NCBI GenBank assembly: GCA_964035545.1
Contig: OZ037771.1
Span: 2,925,628 to 2,989,627, forward strand
Direction of reading: 5' to 3'
Origin: Bugula neritina
Taxonomy: Eukaryota > Animalia > Bryozoa
Length of the DNA: 64,000 nucleotides
Shown here piece after piece: positions 18,441 through 31,000 of the stretch. Below the pieces are notes generated by a model. That model ran no database searches. It was not told the origin of the DNA and saw only the letters and a program-made list of their open reading frames with translations. How positions within the stretch are numbered: position 1 is the stretch's first letter; every line of letters starts with the position of its first letter. The position numbers and the translations under genes are program-made.

Positions 18441-19709
18441 TTATGGACAGGAAACATATTTTTCACAGCATTTTGGGTAAAGAACTCCCGGTGTTCTCTC
18501 AACAGAGAGCACTTTGCAGCCTCTTTGTTTCTGTTCTTCGGTAAGGTTTATGACCAAGGAGTAATAGCATCTATAAAAATCATTAAACTAAGTTGGTATA
18601 TGTATATTTTCGTTTCACTAGTTTTACTAGTCAATTTATTATACTGATATCTATTTAGAGTAGAGACATTATGCTATCTTTACTTACCCAACACAGAAAG
18701 CTAGTGGCTCGGTGGACATACAAGTGCATTTCTCACAACTCTCATAGTTGTGTACCACGAAGTTTTCCGGCTTGTTCTCACACTCTAAATTTAAACCGCT
18801 TTAATAAGCAACATTTCATCGTAGTAATGGCAACATAAACGAAAACTCCTAAAGCTTTTATTTCAAAACCTGGTAATTTCTTTTCATAAATGCATAGGGG
18901 CTTTACTTGCACCTTATGATTGTTTGCCTAAATATATACCAATAGCATCAGCAAATACTTGTGAACCAATACGTATTTTGATATACTGATTGTTTACTTA
19001 TGTCAATATACTTCAAGAGATTTTAGTACAAATAAAAGTAAAATGATAAGCTGTTAAAGTTAATATAAACTAAAACGTTTTTTGTTGATGATTGAATGTA
19101 GAAGCCATAAAATAAGCAATTGAACTGCAAACACATGTCTAGTTTCTATAAAATATTTAAATCATTAAAAATTATTCTAAATAATACCTTAATTAGCCTT
19201 GTAAACAATCATAATATTGCAAATTATTTCCAAAGGATCCTAGTTTTAGATATAATTGTCATAAAAAGTCATGATAATTGTATTAATTACTATACTAAAC
19301 ATCATACCACACAATACCCTATAATGAGTGTGAAAGGTTGACGTAGCTTTAGCTTTAGCCTTTGTTAAAGGGGACCAGAGGGTTTTTCTCAAAGCAACAG
19401 GTAGCTAGTATGAATGTGTCTAAAAACTAAACTGCTCTAGTCTACTATTTATTAGAATGTAATCTGTTTTGCAGTCTTAATTCCAATTAAAGAAACTAAG
19501 TTATTGAATTTATACTTTTATAAATATTTCAGGTGAACTACTTATAGGTTATATTATAGATATCTACAATGCATAAGAAATTAAGTTGTCTTCCCTTTTC
19601 TCAAAGTATACAGCAAGTACTTACTAGGTTCCCTGGCCCTATACAGGTATGAATCTACACAGAGGCAGGTGACAGCTATTATGACACAGAGCGTCAGGTA
19701 CTTGGCCAT
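18441..19709 (-). CDS. Small secreted single-VWC (SVWC-like) protein, copy 2
   Basis: Exons 19625-19709, 18688-18784 and 18441-18570 give MAKYLTLCVIIAVTCLCVDSYLYRAREP-KCENKPENFVVHNYESCEKCTCMSTEPLAFCVG-CYYSLVINLTEEQKQRGCKVLSVERTPGVLYPKCCEKYVSCP*. Confidence 0.9.
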
Positions 19710-20666
19710 CTTGAAAGTGAGGAGTTATTAATACTATAGAGTGTAATATATTGTGTTATAATAATATGTATTATCAGTCTTATATCACATAGTTTTCCAC
19801 AACACATGTAGGGACTCACATAACTACAGATACCTCTGCAATATGTGTGTGTGTGTGTGAAAAGACAGCTTTAGCTCAAAGTCCTACGTTGATAATAGTT
19901 TTAGCTTATGTATCATCACCTAGCAGGTCTGTAGAGAACTTTATAGAGCAACATTTCGCCTGTGTCCTGTACTATCATGAAAACACTAGCTCATGCTTTA
20001 TAAGGAAACAGAGAATAAACACATCATTAAAAGTTTTTGCTTGCTTCCCACAAAATAAAATATTTGGAAGCTTCATGCTATATTTTGTGTGCATCAGTAC
20101 TACATAGTTTATACATTTGCCACTAGTATTTGTTAAATGCTTTGACAGTGCGGTGTAGAGATGTAAGTGTAAACCCATCGTAAGCCAAGTATAAATAACA
20201 ATCAACTGATACACCAGTGAAAATCTATGCTTAGTATCATAAGCCTTATAGTTCATTATATTACATTTATATAAGTTATGATGTGTAATAATTAGTTAGT
20301 ATTATATATACTTCTGTATGTGGTGCTTTAGTGAACCTATACTTTATGTTATATATGATTTGTATAAGTTCCTTTAAAAAATAATTTATATAAAGTAAAA
20401 TATAAAACTGCAAATATAGTATGTAACAAAATAAGAAACAAGATACATTTTGTTGCAAATTCCAACTATTATCATTTAATCATTTTTGTCTCTAAAGTTT
20501 ATAATCTAATTTATAATATAATAATTATATATTTTTTTGTCTTTGGTGGCTGCTTTGTGCTTATTGACACAAATTTGTATTGCTTAAACAAAACAGAATT
20601 GAGATTCCTGGTATTTATATGTTTCCCACTAAAGTGTATTAGAAATAAATACTACAATAATCATTA

Positions 20667-23509
20667 TCATGGACAGGAAACTTGATCTCCACAGCATTCT
20701 GGGTAAAGAATTCCAGGTGCTCTTTCAACAGAGAGCAATTTACAGCCTCTTTGTATCTGTTCTACTGTTATCACTGGGATACCACATCTATAGAGAAATA
20801 AATATACAACTTAAAAGAATAAATTAAAGTTACTTTTTATGAAATGACACATAGATTAGCTGAAATTTGGCACTTAATGGTAATTAGCAAGAAAATGTAA
20901 TAAAATACTAGTGAGGAAATAAGAACTTCCCATTCTTATTTATAAAAATTTCATAAACCAAGTTGTTTCAAGAATGTTTTTGAAACTCAGCCCAATGTTG
21001 AGTTTTTCTTCTGCTTTCCGCTAACAAAATATTATTAAATTGTTTATATAGGATGCATCAATATAAAGAATTAAAATTATAGAATTAGTATATAAAAAAG
21101 TTGGCTAATATATAGATTGTTTGTACTAGTTTTACTAGACACTGTAGCTATTATATCGAGTCTTTGTTAAAACTTTTAGTGGAAAGTATTTGAATTGTGA
21201 ATCATTTCAGCGTCTCTCAGCATCTCGAAACTTTCCCATTCAGATAGTAGATTATGGAGCCTAAGTTAAATTAAGCTTTCTGAAATTTATAGTATTGTTG
21301 AGTTTGGAAAAGCTTTGCCTAGCGGTGTATTAGTCAGATCTTTTGAATTTAATTCAGTAGATTGTATTAAACCCTTTTCCCTTTTTAACCAGGAGTTTAG
21401 GTTGAATCATGCATGGACGCTAATATGTCACTTGGTAAAGCTGATCGTTGTTTTAAATATAAAACATTTACAAGTAATTTACAATGGTTAGTAAACTGTA
21501 GTCATGGGTTCTATCCTTAATTGTGCAGTTAATTTGAAGTTGATTATAACAGAGAGTCTCTGTTATAATCAACTTGTCAGAGACAGTAGAAGAGCAGCCG
21601 TGGTCTAGGGGTTAGAGGCTTAGAGCATTTGCCTAGTAAGGACAAAGGTCATGGGTTCGAGCCCGGACAATCACGGGCTTTCCATGTACCGATCTGAGAA
21701 ATGTGCTCAGATCGATAGTTTTTCCATGAGAGTGTCAGATCGATCTCGCGAAGTTGCCTCCTCTTAAGTGAAGGATACTTTGAAAGTCTAATTTGTTCAC
21801 CTATTTGAGTGATTAAAGTTACTACTGTTAAAAACAAGATGGTCGGAGTCTAAAATTTAATCTCAGCTATAAACTATACGCAGCAAAGCTTTTAGCGTAT
21901 GGTAATTTGGCCAATTTAAAATTATTAATTTCAATTTTTTAGCTTGACAGCTTATATAAAATTATTGGCTGTCTTGCAGATTATTAAAAAACTTACAGGA
22001 CTGTTAGGCTTAAAATTACAAAGAAAATAGGTAATGAAACTAAGTTTTAATAGTCATTTAAATTCAATTTAAATTCTCCCATTTTTTTACCTTCTACTGT
22101 ATATAATTGAGTTTTCTTAATCATTGTACTGAAAGTCAAAGTTTTGGCATCTGAAAAGGTGGCTATCATGATTATTTAATACTTTGCTTAGTAATTATCA
22201 ACAAGTTATCATTTTTATTAGCAGACAACATTGTAGCGCGCAGTCTTTTTCTACTTCTCAGATCGATCTTTGGCGTCTTTCCATGGATAGATCTCACTGA
22301 GATCGATCTGAGATCGGTCCATGGAAAGCCGGTGAATGGTTATGTTAGGAAGAGCATCCAGTCATAATTGCTCCTGTGCCCCATACGAATAAGTCCTTAG
22401 CCTGATTTAACAAAAACTAATTGCACCAAGGGATATGGACTATAGTGACTATATAAGCTTGTGTAAGCTTTTATTTACAAGCTAAAAAGCTTTATACATA
22501 ATCTAGCTATACCATCTTTATACTTACCCAACGCAGAGAGCTATTGGCTTGGTGGCCGTGCAGATGCATTTCTCACAACTTTTATAATCGTGAATTTCAA
22601 AATTTTCTGGGTTGTTTTCGCACTCTAAATGCAATTAATTCAATCAATAACAATTTTTTGAAACAACACTTTGCTGTCACAAAATGCTTTCAACATAATT
22701 ATTCTTTGTTGTACAAACCAATCACAACACCTGCTGATTCTAGTTTATTTCAGAATGACTTAGACCATCTTATAACTTGGGCAGACAGTTCTCAGATGAA
22801 GTTCAATATAAATAAATGTGAGCATATGACAATTCAACGCTCCACTGTAAATCCTCTAGTGTCTCAATACAGCATGAATAATGACCCCTTACAATGTGTT
22901 GACAAAGTATTATACCTTGGTGTCACGATTGATAATAAACTGTCATTCGATCAACATATAATAAACATTTGCTCAAAAGCTAATAAATTATTACACATGC
23001 TGATGCGCTGTCTAAAAAAGGCTAAAAGTAAAACCAGAGCCATAGCTTATAAAACAGTCTGTCGCCCTATACTAGAATTTGCGACCCACACCTGGTCTCC
23101 ATTTAAATTGAAAAACATCAACATCATAGAAGGTATAAATAGAAAAGCCTTCAGGTGGACATTCTGTAAGAGAAAACGAAATCATATAACTGAGCTCATG
23201 ACAAATTCTAATTGGGATAGCCTTGCACAAAGACGTGACAATGCAGACCAAAAAATGTACTTTCGTATGCTTTCTGGTAGTGCCGCCATAGACCAAGACC
23301 GGTTCTCCCTTCATTTTGCAGAGTCTCACAATACCAGACATGGTGCTATTAAGGGCAATATCAATACCAAAACTGCCAAACATTCATATAAACATCGCAT
23401 CCATAAACTTTTCTAATGATTCTAGCTGCTTTGCCTAACTGATTATAAGCACTTAACACCGACTCTGCTTTATATCATCTGAAGCTGTGCGGTGTATATC
23501 TATTTATTT

Positions 23510-23558
<49 letters not shown>

Positions 23559-24483
23559 CTCTTTCTTTTTTTCTTTCTCTCCTGGCAGTAGCTAGCTATT
23601 GAGCTTTGAATCGAAGCATAATTAACTATATTCTTATCTCGTAGACAAAATAGTTTTCTTCCTTACTACTGATAATCTAAACAATTGTTCATACACCACT
23701 GCATCTCGATAAAGGAGCCAAAGCGCTCCGAGTGAGATTAATTAGATGAGATGAGATGAAGATAAAAAAGCATAAAACTGTTTGTTCTTATTTTACAAAT
23801 AAATATATAAATGTATAATAATAGTTTATCGACAAGTTAAGGCAAACATATATCTTACTATATTGTTTATTTATGTCAGTATATATTTTAATATTAATGA
23901 AGGTGAACTAAATTTATATGGACTATAGAAAAACATTTTATGATGAGTTACGTAAATATGAAAAATATAAAACAAACAATTGCTGCAAATTATTTGTTAT
24001 ATTTTCGATAGTAAATTATTATATATCCCAGATATAATCTTAACATTTTTGTCAATTAAAATGGCAAAAAAGTTGAAATTGAATTTTATCACCATTTTTA
24101 GAAAACCAACTAATGGGAGCAGCCGGTGTCTACGAGTTAGAGCACAGACTTCGTAAACACAAGGTCAGTTGCTTGAATCTCAGTAAAAGCTATTGGTAAT
24201 ATTAGAAAGAGCATTCAGTCATAATTGCTCTTTTAGCACAATAGAAAGCAAGTGCTTAGTCTGCCAAAAAAGACTTATTATCTGGGTTTCTCATGCACAA
24301 ATAGTAAAGCTATGTAAACACTTATGTAGTGTATAGCAACAGGATCTTTAAAAAAAACTAAGTTGCCTTAATTTACGAAGCCTACATAAAATACTTACCA
24401 GCTTTTCTGCCCGTATATGCGTATGGTTCTACACAAAGGCAGGTGACAGCTATTATGACACAGAGCGTCAGGTACTTGGCCAT
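20667..24483 (-). CDS. Small secreted single-VWC (SVWC-like) protein, copy 3 (introns expanded by LINE, SINE and MITE insertions)
   Basis: Exons 24399-24483, 22528-22624 and 20667-20787 give ...VEPYAYTGRKA-ECENNPENFEIHDYKSCEKCICTATKPIALCVG-CGIPVITVEQIQRGCKLLSVERAPGILYPECCGDQVSCP*. Frame and splice sites are intact. Confidence 0.9.
21593..22390 (+). mobile_element. tRNA-derived SINE interrupted by a MITE
   Basis: Head AGCAGCCGTGGTCTAGGGGTTAGA... with an A-box-like TGGTCTAGGGG and B box GGTTCGAGCCC. The body resumes after 22337 (TTAGGAAGAGCATCCAGTCATAATTGCTC), matching the copies at 24116 and 26995. Confidence 0.7.
21672..22334. mobile_element. Non-autonomous DNA transposon (MITE) with CAC...GTG termini and a 3-bp TSD; CMC (CACTA/Chapaev)-like
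   Basis: TIRs CACGGGCTTTCCATGTACCGATCT / AGATCGGTCCATGGAAAGCCGGTG, flanked by AAT (21669-21671) and AAT (22335-22337). Absent from the paralogous intron of copy 4. Confidence 0.8.
22708..23761 (+). mobile_element. 5'-truncated CR1/L2-type non-LTR retrotransposon (RT C-terminus + 3' UTR)
   Basis: RT C-terminal motifs (LQNDLDHL..WA...MKFNINKC, YLGVTID, YKT.CRPILE...WSP) and a (GATGA)n 3' tail. The empty site (ATTCTTT|ATAAAAAAGC) is visible near 26640 in the paralog. Near-identical to 47600-49189. Confidence 0.93.
24116..24265 (+). mobile_element. Degenerate tRNA-derived SINE
   Basis: GGGAGCAGCCGGTGTCTA..GTTAGAGCA...AAGAGCATTCAGTCATAATTGCTC, similar to the 21593 element; duplicated at 26995-27145 with the SVWC unit. 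Confidence 0.55.
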
Positions 24484-25436
24484 CTTGAAAGTGAGGAGTT
24501 ATTAATACTATAGAGTGTAATATACTGTGTTATAATAATATGTATTATCAGTCTTATCACACAGTTTCCCACAACACACGTAGGGACTCACACAACCACA
24601 GATACTTCTGCAATATATGTGTGTGTGAAAAAACAGCTTTAGCTCAAAGTCCTGTTGATAACAGTTTTAGCTGATGTCTCATCACCTAGCAGGCCTGTAG
24701 AGAACTTTACAGAGCAACCTTTCACCTGTGTCCTGTACTATCATGAAAATACTAGCTCATGCTTTACAAGGAAGCAGAGAATAAATACATCAACAAAAGT
24801 TTTTGCTTGCTTCCCACAAAATAAAATATTTGGAAGCTTCATGCTATATTTTGTGTGCATCAGTACTACATAGTTTATACATTTGCCACTAGTATTTGTT
24901 AAATGCTTTGACAGTGTGGTGTAGAGATGTAAGTGTAAACCCATCGTAAGCCAAGTATAAATAACAATCAATTGATACACCAGTGAAAATTTATGCTAAA
25001 TATTATAAGCCTTATAGTTCATTATATTACATTTAGCTTTATATAAGTTATGATGTGTAATAATTAGTTGGTATTATATATACTTCTGTATGTGGTGCTT
25101 TGGTGAACCTATACTTTATATTACATGATTTGTATAAGTTCCTTTAAAAAATGATTTATATAAAGTAAAATATAAAACTGCAAATATAGTATGTAACAAA
25201 ATAAGAAACAAGATACATTTTGTTGCAAATTCCAACTATTATCATTTAATCATTTTTGTCTCCAAAGTTTATAATCTAATTTATAATATAATAATTATAA
25301 ATTTTTTTGTCTTTGGTGACTGCTTTGTGCTTATTGACACAAATTTTTATTGTTTAAACAAAACAGAATTGAGATTCCTGGTATTTAGATGTTTCCCACT
25401 AAAGTGTATTAGAAATAAATACTACAATAATCATTA

Positions 25437-27362
25437 TCATGGACAGGAAACATATTTTCTACAGCATTCTGGGTAAAGAACTCCAGGTGCTCTTTCAACA
25501 GAGAGCACCTTGCAGCCTCTTTGTATCTGTTCTTCTGTAAGGGTTATCACTGTGATACCACATCTATAGAGAAATAAATATACAACCTAAGAGAATAAAT
25601 TAAAGTTACTTTTTATGAAATGACACATAGATAATGGTAATTAATGGTAATTAGCAAGAAAATGTAATAAAATACTAGTGAGGAAATAAAAACTTCCCAT
25701 TCTTATTTATAAAAATCTCATAAACCAAGTTGTTTCAAGAATGTTTTTCTTCTGCTTTCCGCTAACAAAATATTATTAAATCGTTTATATAAGATGCATC
25801 AATATAAAGAATTAAATTTATAAAATTCGGATATAAAAAAGTTGGCTAATATAGATTGTTTGTACTAGTTTTACTAGACACTGTAGCTATTATATTGAGA
25901 CTTTGTTAAAACTTTTAGTGGAAAGTATTTAAATTGTGGATCATTTCAGCGTCTCTCAGCGTCGCGAAACTTTCCGATTCAGATAGTAGATTATGGAGCC
26001 TAAGTTAAATTAAGCTTTCTGAAATTTATAGTATTGTTGAGTTTGGAAAAGCTTTGCCTAGCTGTGTATTAGTCAGATCTTTTGAATTTAATTCAGTAGA
26101 TTGTATTAAATCCTTTTCCCTTTTTAACCAGGAGTTTAGGTTGAATCATGCATGGACGCTAATATGTCACTTGGTAAAGCTGATCGTTGTTTTAAATATA
26201 AAACATTTACAAGTAATTTACAATGGTTAGTAAACTGTAGTCATGGGTTCTATTCCTTGTGCAGGCCATTGGTGGTGTTAGGAAGAGCATCTAGTCATAA
26301 TTGCCATATGGATAAGTTTGTAGCCCGATTTAACAAAAACAAATTGCACCAAGGAATAATAGGGATATGGACTATAGTGACTATAAACTTGTGCGAGTTT
26401 TTTATTTACAAGCTAAAAAGCATTATACATTTAATCTAGCTATTATACCATCTTTATACTTACCCAACGCAGAAAGCTAGTGGCTTGGTGGCCGTGCAGG
26501 TGCATTTCTCACAACTTTCATAATCGTGAATTTCAAAATTTTCTGGGTTGTTTTCGCACTCTAAATTCAATTAATTCAATCAGTTACAATTTCTTTGAAA
26601 TAACATTTTGCTGTCACAAAATGCTTTCAACATAATTATTCTTTATAAAAAAGCATAAAACTGTTTGTTTTTATTTTACGAATAAATATATAAATGTATA
26701 ATAATAGTTTATCGACAAGTTAAGGCAAACATATATCTTATTATATTGTTTATTTATGTCAGTATATATTTTAATATAAATGAAGGTGAACTAAATTTAT
26801 ATGGACTATAGAAACATATTTTATGATGAGTTACGTAAATATGAAAAATATAAAACAAACAATTGATGCAAGTTATTTGTTATATAATATAATAAATTAT
26901 TATGTATCCCAGATATAGTCTTAACATTTTTGTCAATTAAAATGGCAAAAAGTTGAAATTTAATTTTATCACCATTTTTAGAAAACCAACTATTGGGAGC
27001 AGCCGGTGTCTAGGAGTTAGAGCACAGACTTAGTAAACACAAGGTCAGCTGTTTGAATCCCAGTAAAAGCTATTGGTAATATTAGAAAGAGCATTCAGTC
27101 ATAATTGCTCTTTTAGCACAATAGAAAGCAAGTGTTTAGTCTGCCAAAAAAGACTTATTATCTGGGTTTCTCATACAAATAGTAAAGTTACGTAATCGTT
27201 TATATAGTGTATAGCAATAGGATCTTTAAAAAAATCTAAGTTGACTTCATTTTATGAGGCATACATAAAATGCTTACCAGGTTTTCTGCCCATATATGTG
27301 TATGATTCTACACAAAGGCAGGTGACAGCTATTATGACACAGAGCGTCAGGTACTTGGCCAT
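25437..27362 (-). CDS. Small secreted single-VWC (SVWC-like) protein, copy 4
   Basis: Exons 27278-27362, 26464-26560 and 25437-25563 give ...VESYTYMGRKP-ECENNPENFEIHDYESCEKCTCTATKPLAFCVG-CGITVITLTEEQIQRGCKVLSVERAPGVLYPECCRKYVSCP*. Confidence 0.9.
26995..27145 (+). mobile_element. Degenerate tRNA-derived SINE (duplicate of 24116-24265)
   Basis: Near-identical sequence at the equivalent intron position; B-box-like GTTTGAATCCC. Confidence 0.55.
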
Positions 27363-28080
27363 CTTGAAAGTGAGGAGTTATTAATACTATAGAGTGTAAT
27401 ATACTGTGTTATAATAATATGTATCATCAGTTTTATCACACGGCCTTTCACAACACATGTAGGGACTCGCACAACTACAGATACCTCTGCAATATGTGTG
27501 TGTGTGTGTGAAAAGACAGCTTTAGCTCAAAGTCCTGTTGATAAAAGTTTGATGGGTATACATGTACATTTGCATGTTACTTGACATTATAATAACAGAG
27601 ATGTTTAGTTTTGATTATTAACACATGATGCAAAACTTCTTGCCATAAAATCTCCAATGCTGTCTATACCAGTAACCACAATATACACTAGTAATTGATA
27701 TAAACTTCTTTCACACAGTGTATATTTCAAAGTATAAATTTTTTATGTTTTTGAGAACTAGCACCCCTTTAGGCAGTTAGAAAAGGAAGGAGTGTAAAAA
27801 TTACAAACAAATATAATATTCATGTATTTAATGGAATATATGCGTAAAAATTATTTTGTAAGAAAATAGTGAATGAAAAATATATAAACATAATTTACTT
27901 TGAACTTTTGAAAAAGTTGACGCATGCACAGTTAAAAGTTTTTCATTAATTTATTTAATCCCAGCTGGCCAACAAAATGGAAACGATAAGAATTTTTAAC
28001 TGATATTATTATTTCATTTTTGTCTCGCTCATCTTTATAATCAGTGTTAACAGTTTCTAGACTAAGCTCTATATTTTTGA

Positions 28081-31000
28081 CTAATTAGAGCACCAGGCCC
28101 ATGTAAGGGAATTGCATGATAAGCACCACAGTCTAAAGAAGTCTTCAATAGATTGAGTGTGATAAAATACATATGGCTTGCTCTTCCAGTATTGTGACTG
28201 CTTTGCTAGTTTTAAAAAAGTGTTACCGTAGAACTTGTTGAAGGGATATTTTCTAACCGCATCAACTCTGTCAGCCACTATTCCAACATAAACATCATCT
28301 GAATAGAAATAAACATAGAAAGGTTAGCCACTCATTCAATCTGTAGAAATAAAATCAAAGTGTTGCAACCATCAAAATATTAAACTGTGTTCAAGTGACA
28401 TTGATACAGTGGCTAAAGTTTAGCCCTTAAGAATTTGAGTTTCATTAGAGATTTCCGAGTCAAACACTAGTTGAAAAACTAATAATAAGAAACCAGATGA
28501 ATACAGCGTAAAATTCAAACTAAATAAACAATAATATATTGTTATATTTTTCAGATTTGTAGGTGGGTATTTGTGTATGATCCAATTAGTACATTGTAGA
28601 TCACAGTTACGTAATCAACTCCAAATGATTATAGAGTGAGAATAATAATGAGGTGTATTTTTTATACAAGATATAATAGTCAGAAACTTCACATCAGTCA
28701 GAAAGCTAATACAATTATCTACATAAGTCTTTACTGTCAGCCTAGCTGGTCCTTTCTGACGCGGGAGAATCTTTTCCCTCGTGGTCGAAGGCTGGCCTTC
28801 ATTCTGATTAGAGAATTGGGGACCGGTCACATCATCAACCACGTGGTTGCCGTATGACAAACAGGGAAATATTATAGAGGAGCCATGACTAGTCATCGCC
28901 CGCGATATATTATATATATTGGCAAAGAAAGGGGGAAATAATTCTCCCCCCTTCTAGGGTCTATGAGCCATTACAATATTATTAAGGTTTCCATGCATGA
29001 CGACTTATATTTATAGTCTCATAATCAATTAGTTGAAACCTAAGTGTTTCCACTGAATCAATATATTATTATAGTTACCATGACAACGTTTATTTAGGAT
29101 CTCATGAGCCAGTCTAGTTGAAAATAAAGTGTTTATACTAAAACAACCCTAAACTGCTCTCTACATATAGTATAGTATACTGTAGGTGTAACAACATCAA
29201 ATTGCCAGATTAGTGTACATAATAAATCAGATATAGAATGTCACAAAAGCATAGCATTCAGGAGTTTTAGTTTATTCTATGTAATTTGTATCTTTGTAGT
29301 TACTGATTCTTATTTCTTTCAAATAAACTCATGCTTTAAAAGACATAGTTCCTTCTATTTTGGGTAATATAGTTATAGCAAGTTTAAATAATATCATTTA
29401 TATTTTAGTTTCAAGCTCTTTTAGTGCCACTAAAATATAGAACCAGTCAATTGTTTCATTCAAAGTTTTAGGCACGTTTTCATTAAAAAACTTGAAATTT
29501 CTGAATGTAACTTAAGGTTTAAAAGCTTACCTGTAAAAATATAAGGAGTGGTAAAAGACAGATTGTATATTTCCTTTGCTAATCTGGGAGACAGAAAGTA
29601 TGTCAACCCTTGTAACCACATGGGGAAGGTGTCATATTTATACTCTTTCCTGGACAAGTACCACTTTGAGGCTGGATCTCGTTGAGGCAGACCCCTGTCT
29701 CCTATATTCCCTGCAACAGCAGAAGTTAAGGAAATTACTTACTACATAATATGCAGAAAAGCTAGACTCATCCTCACACTGCATGCAGTGTAAAGAATGT
29801 TAGTTTTATGACTTTGAGAGCCACATTAATGTAGGCTGTAGGAAGTATTTGATGTGGCATCTGAAATTGAAGTGTCGAAATAGTTAAATCAGAAAGAGGT
29901 TAACTGACATATAGAATGAGTGGGTAGGGCACCCAGTATAATAAATGACTGGAATGTAAAGATCATGTTAAAGTGATAATTTTATTAGCTGTTGTTGATA
30001 AGAAGTTAACTACCATTTATACGTTTTACACATCTGTTGTGCATATTTCTTTGTGCATACATATGATCTAAAACTTTTGCCAGTTTGATGTATAAGAGGA
30101 AGATAGAATTTTATGACTAGCCTACAAGAAAAGCATTCTTATCGATCTTCGCATGTAAAATTCACGTTTAATTATAGATACATTACGTTTAATTATAGAT
30201 ACATTACGTTTAATTATGGAGACATTACGGAGACAGAAATAGAGGTTTATGATCACTAGAGATAACTCAAGTGTAATTTTATACCTGCAATAAAATAGGA
30301 GCTGAGTTTAAAGGAGTCTCCAAGTGTGTCTGTAAAATTTTTAAAGAAGGAAGAGAAAGCTTGTAAGTTGAATATGACATCATCATCTACTTTCACAACC
30401 AGTTTAGCCTTAGGACATCCTTTATAGCTTGAGATCCATCTTTAAAAATATATACTGTGTTAAAGTATTTACATTGTGTGACATAGACACATAAACACTC
30501 CCTCCTCAAACATTTATATATGGTTGAAAATATAATATTTATGCTGTACTTACTTCATATTATATATAGCTTTGTAGGTGTTGTTACGGTAAGTATCCAT
30601 AAAGTTCACTTGCACCAAATCTCTGTACATTTCTTGTTCATAATTTATTAGAGTCTGTTCACTAGAGTTGTTTGGAAGACCCAAAATAAATATCAGTTTA
30701 GACTGATATCCTTTTGGTAAATACTTCTCCAATATTCTAGGGTTTGCCCAGGTATTTCTTAAAGCAGATCTCCTTTGAAAGTTCTAAATAGGAAAGCACA
30801 TTATGGTTATCTACATAACAAAAGTTAGAGTCTTACTATGTATGATTCTACAAGAATTTCTTGTGTTATAGAAGGAAGTTGATTATAATATATAATACTA
30901 TATTAAATAATATATAAACTTGTTTAAAATAATTTTATGAAGTAACAGTGCACAAACCTAATGCAAAAGTCTCATAAAAAGACATTCAGCAAACTTATGA

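Noticed and set aside
19847-20256. Repeated ORFs at 19847/24655 (+) and 19975/24741 (-) as a conserved gene pair
   Set aside because: They recur only because the intergenic DNA was duplicated with the SVWC unit; non-ATG starts and no domain or splice support.
20661-20669. Selenocysteine or stop read-through at the TGA of SVWC copies 3 and 4
   Set aside because: TGA is followed directly by TAA and TGA, and the paralogs end with TAA at the same position.
21593-21666. Possible tRNA gene
   Set aside because: It has A/B-box-like motifs but no convincing cloverleaf or acceptor stem, and it continues into a body shared with other dispersed copies, so it is a SINE head.
23072-23383. Antisense 103-aa ORF conserved at 23072 and 48556
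   Set aside because: It is the reverse strand of two near-identical LINE copies, so conservation reflects element youth rather than a gene.
28600-28957. Helitron 3' end (hairpin + CTAG) in G1 intron 5
   Set aside because: The hairpin overlaps the CTAG rather than lying about 10 nt upstream, and no 5' TC end or A|T target is identifiable. Probably a TE fragment, but unclassifiable here.
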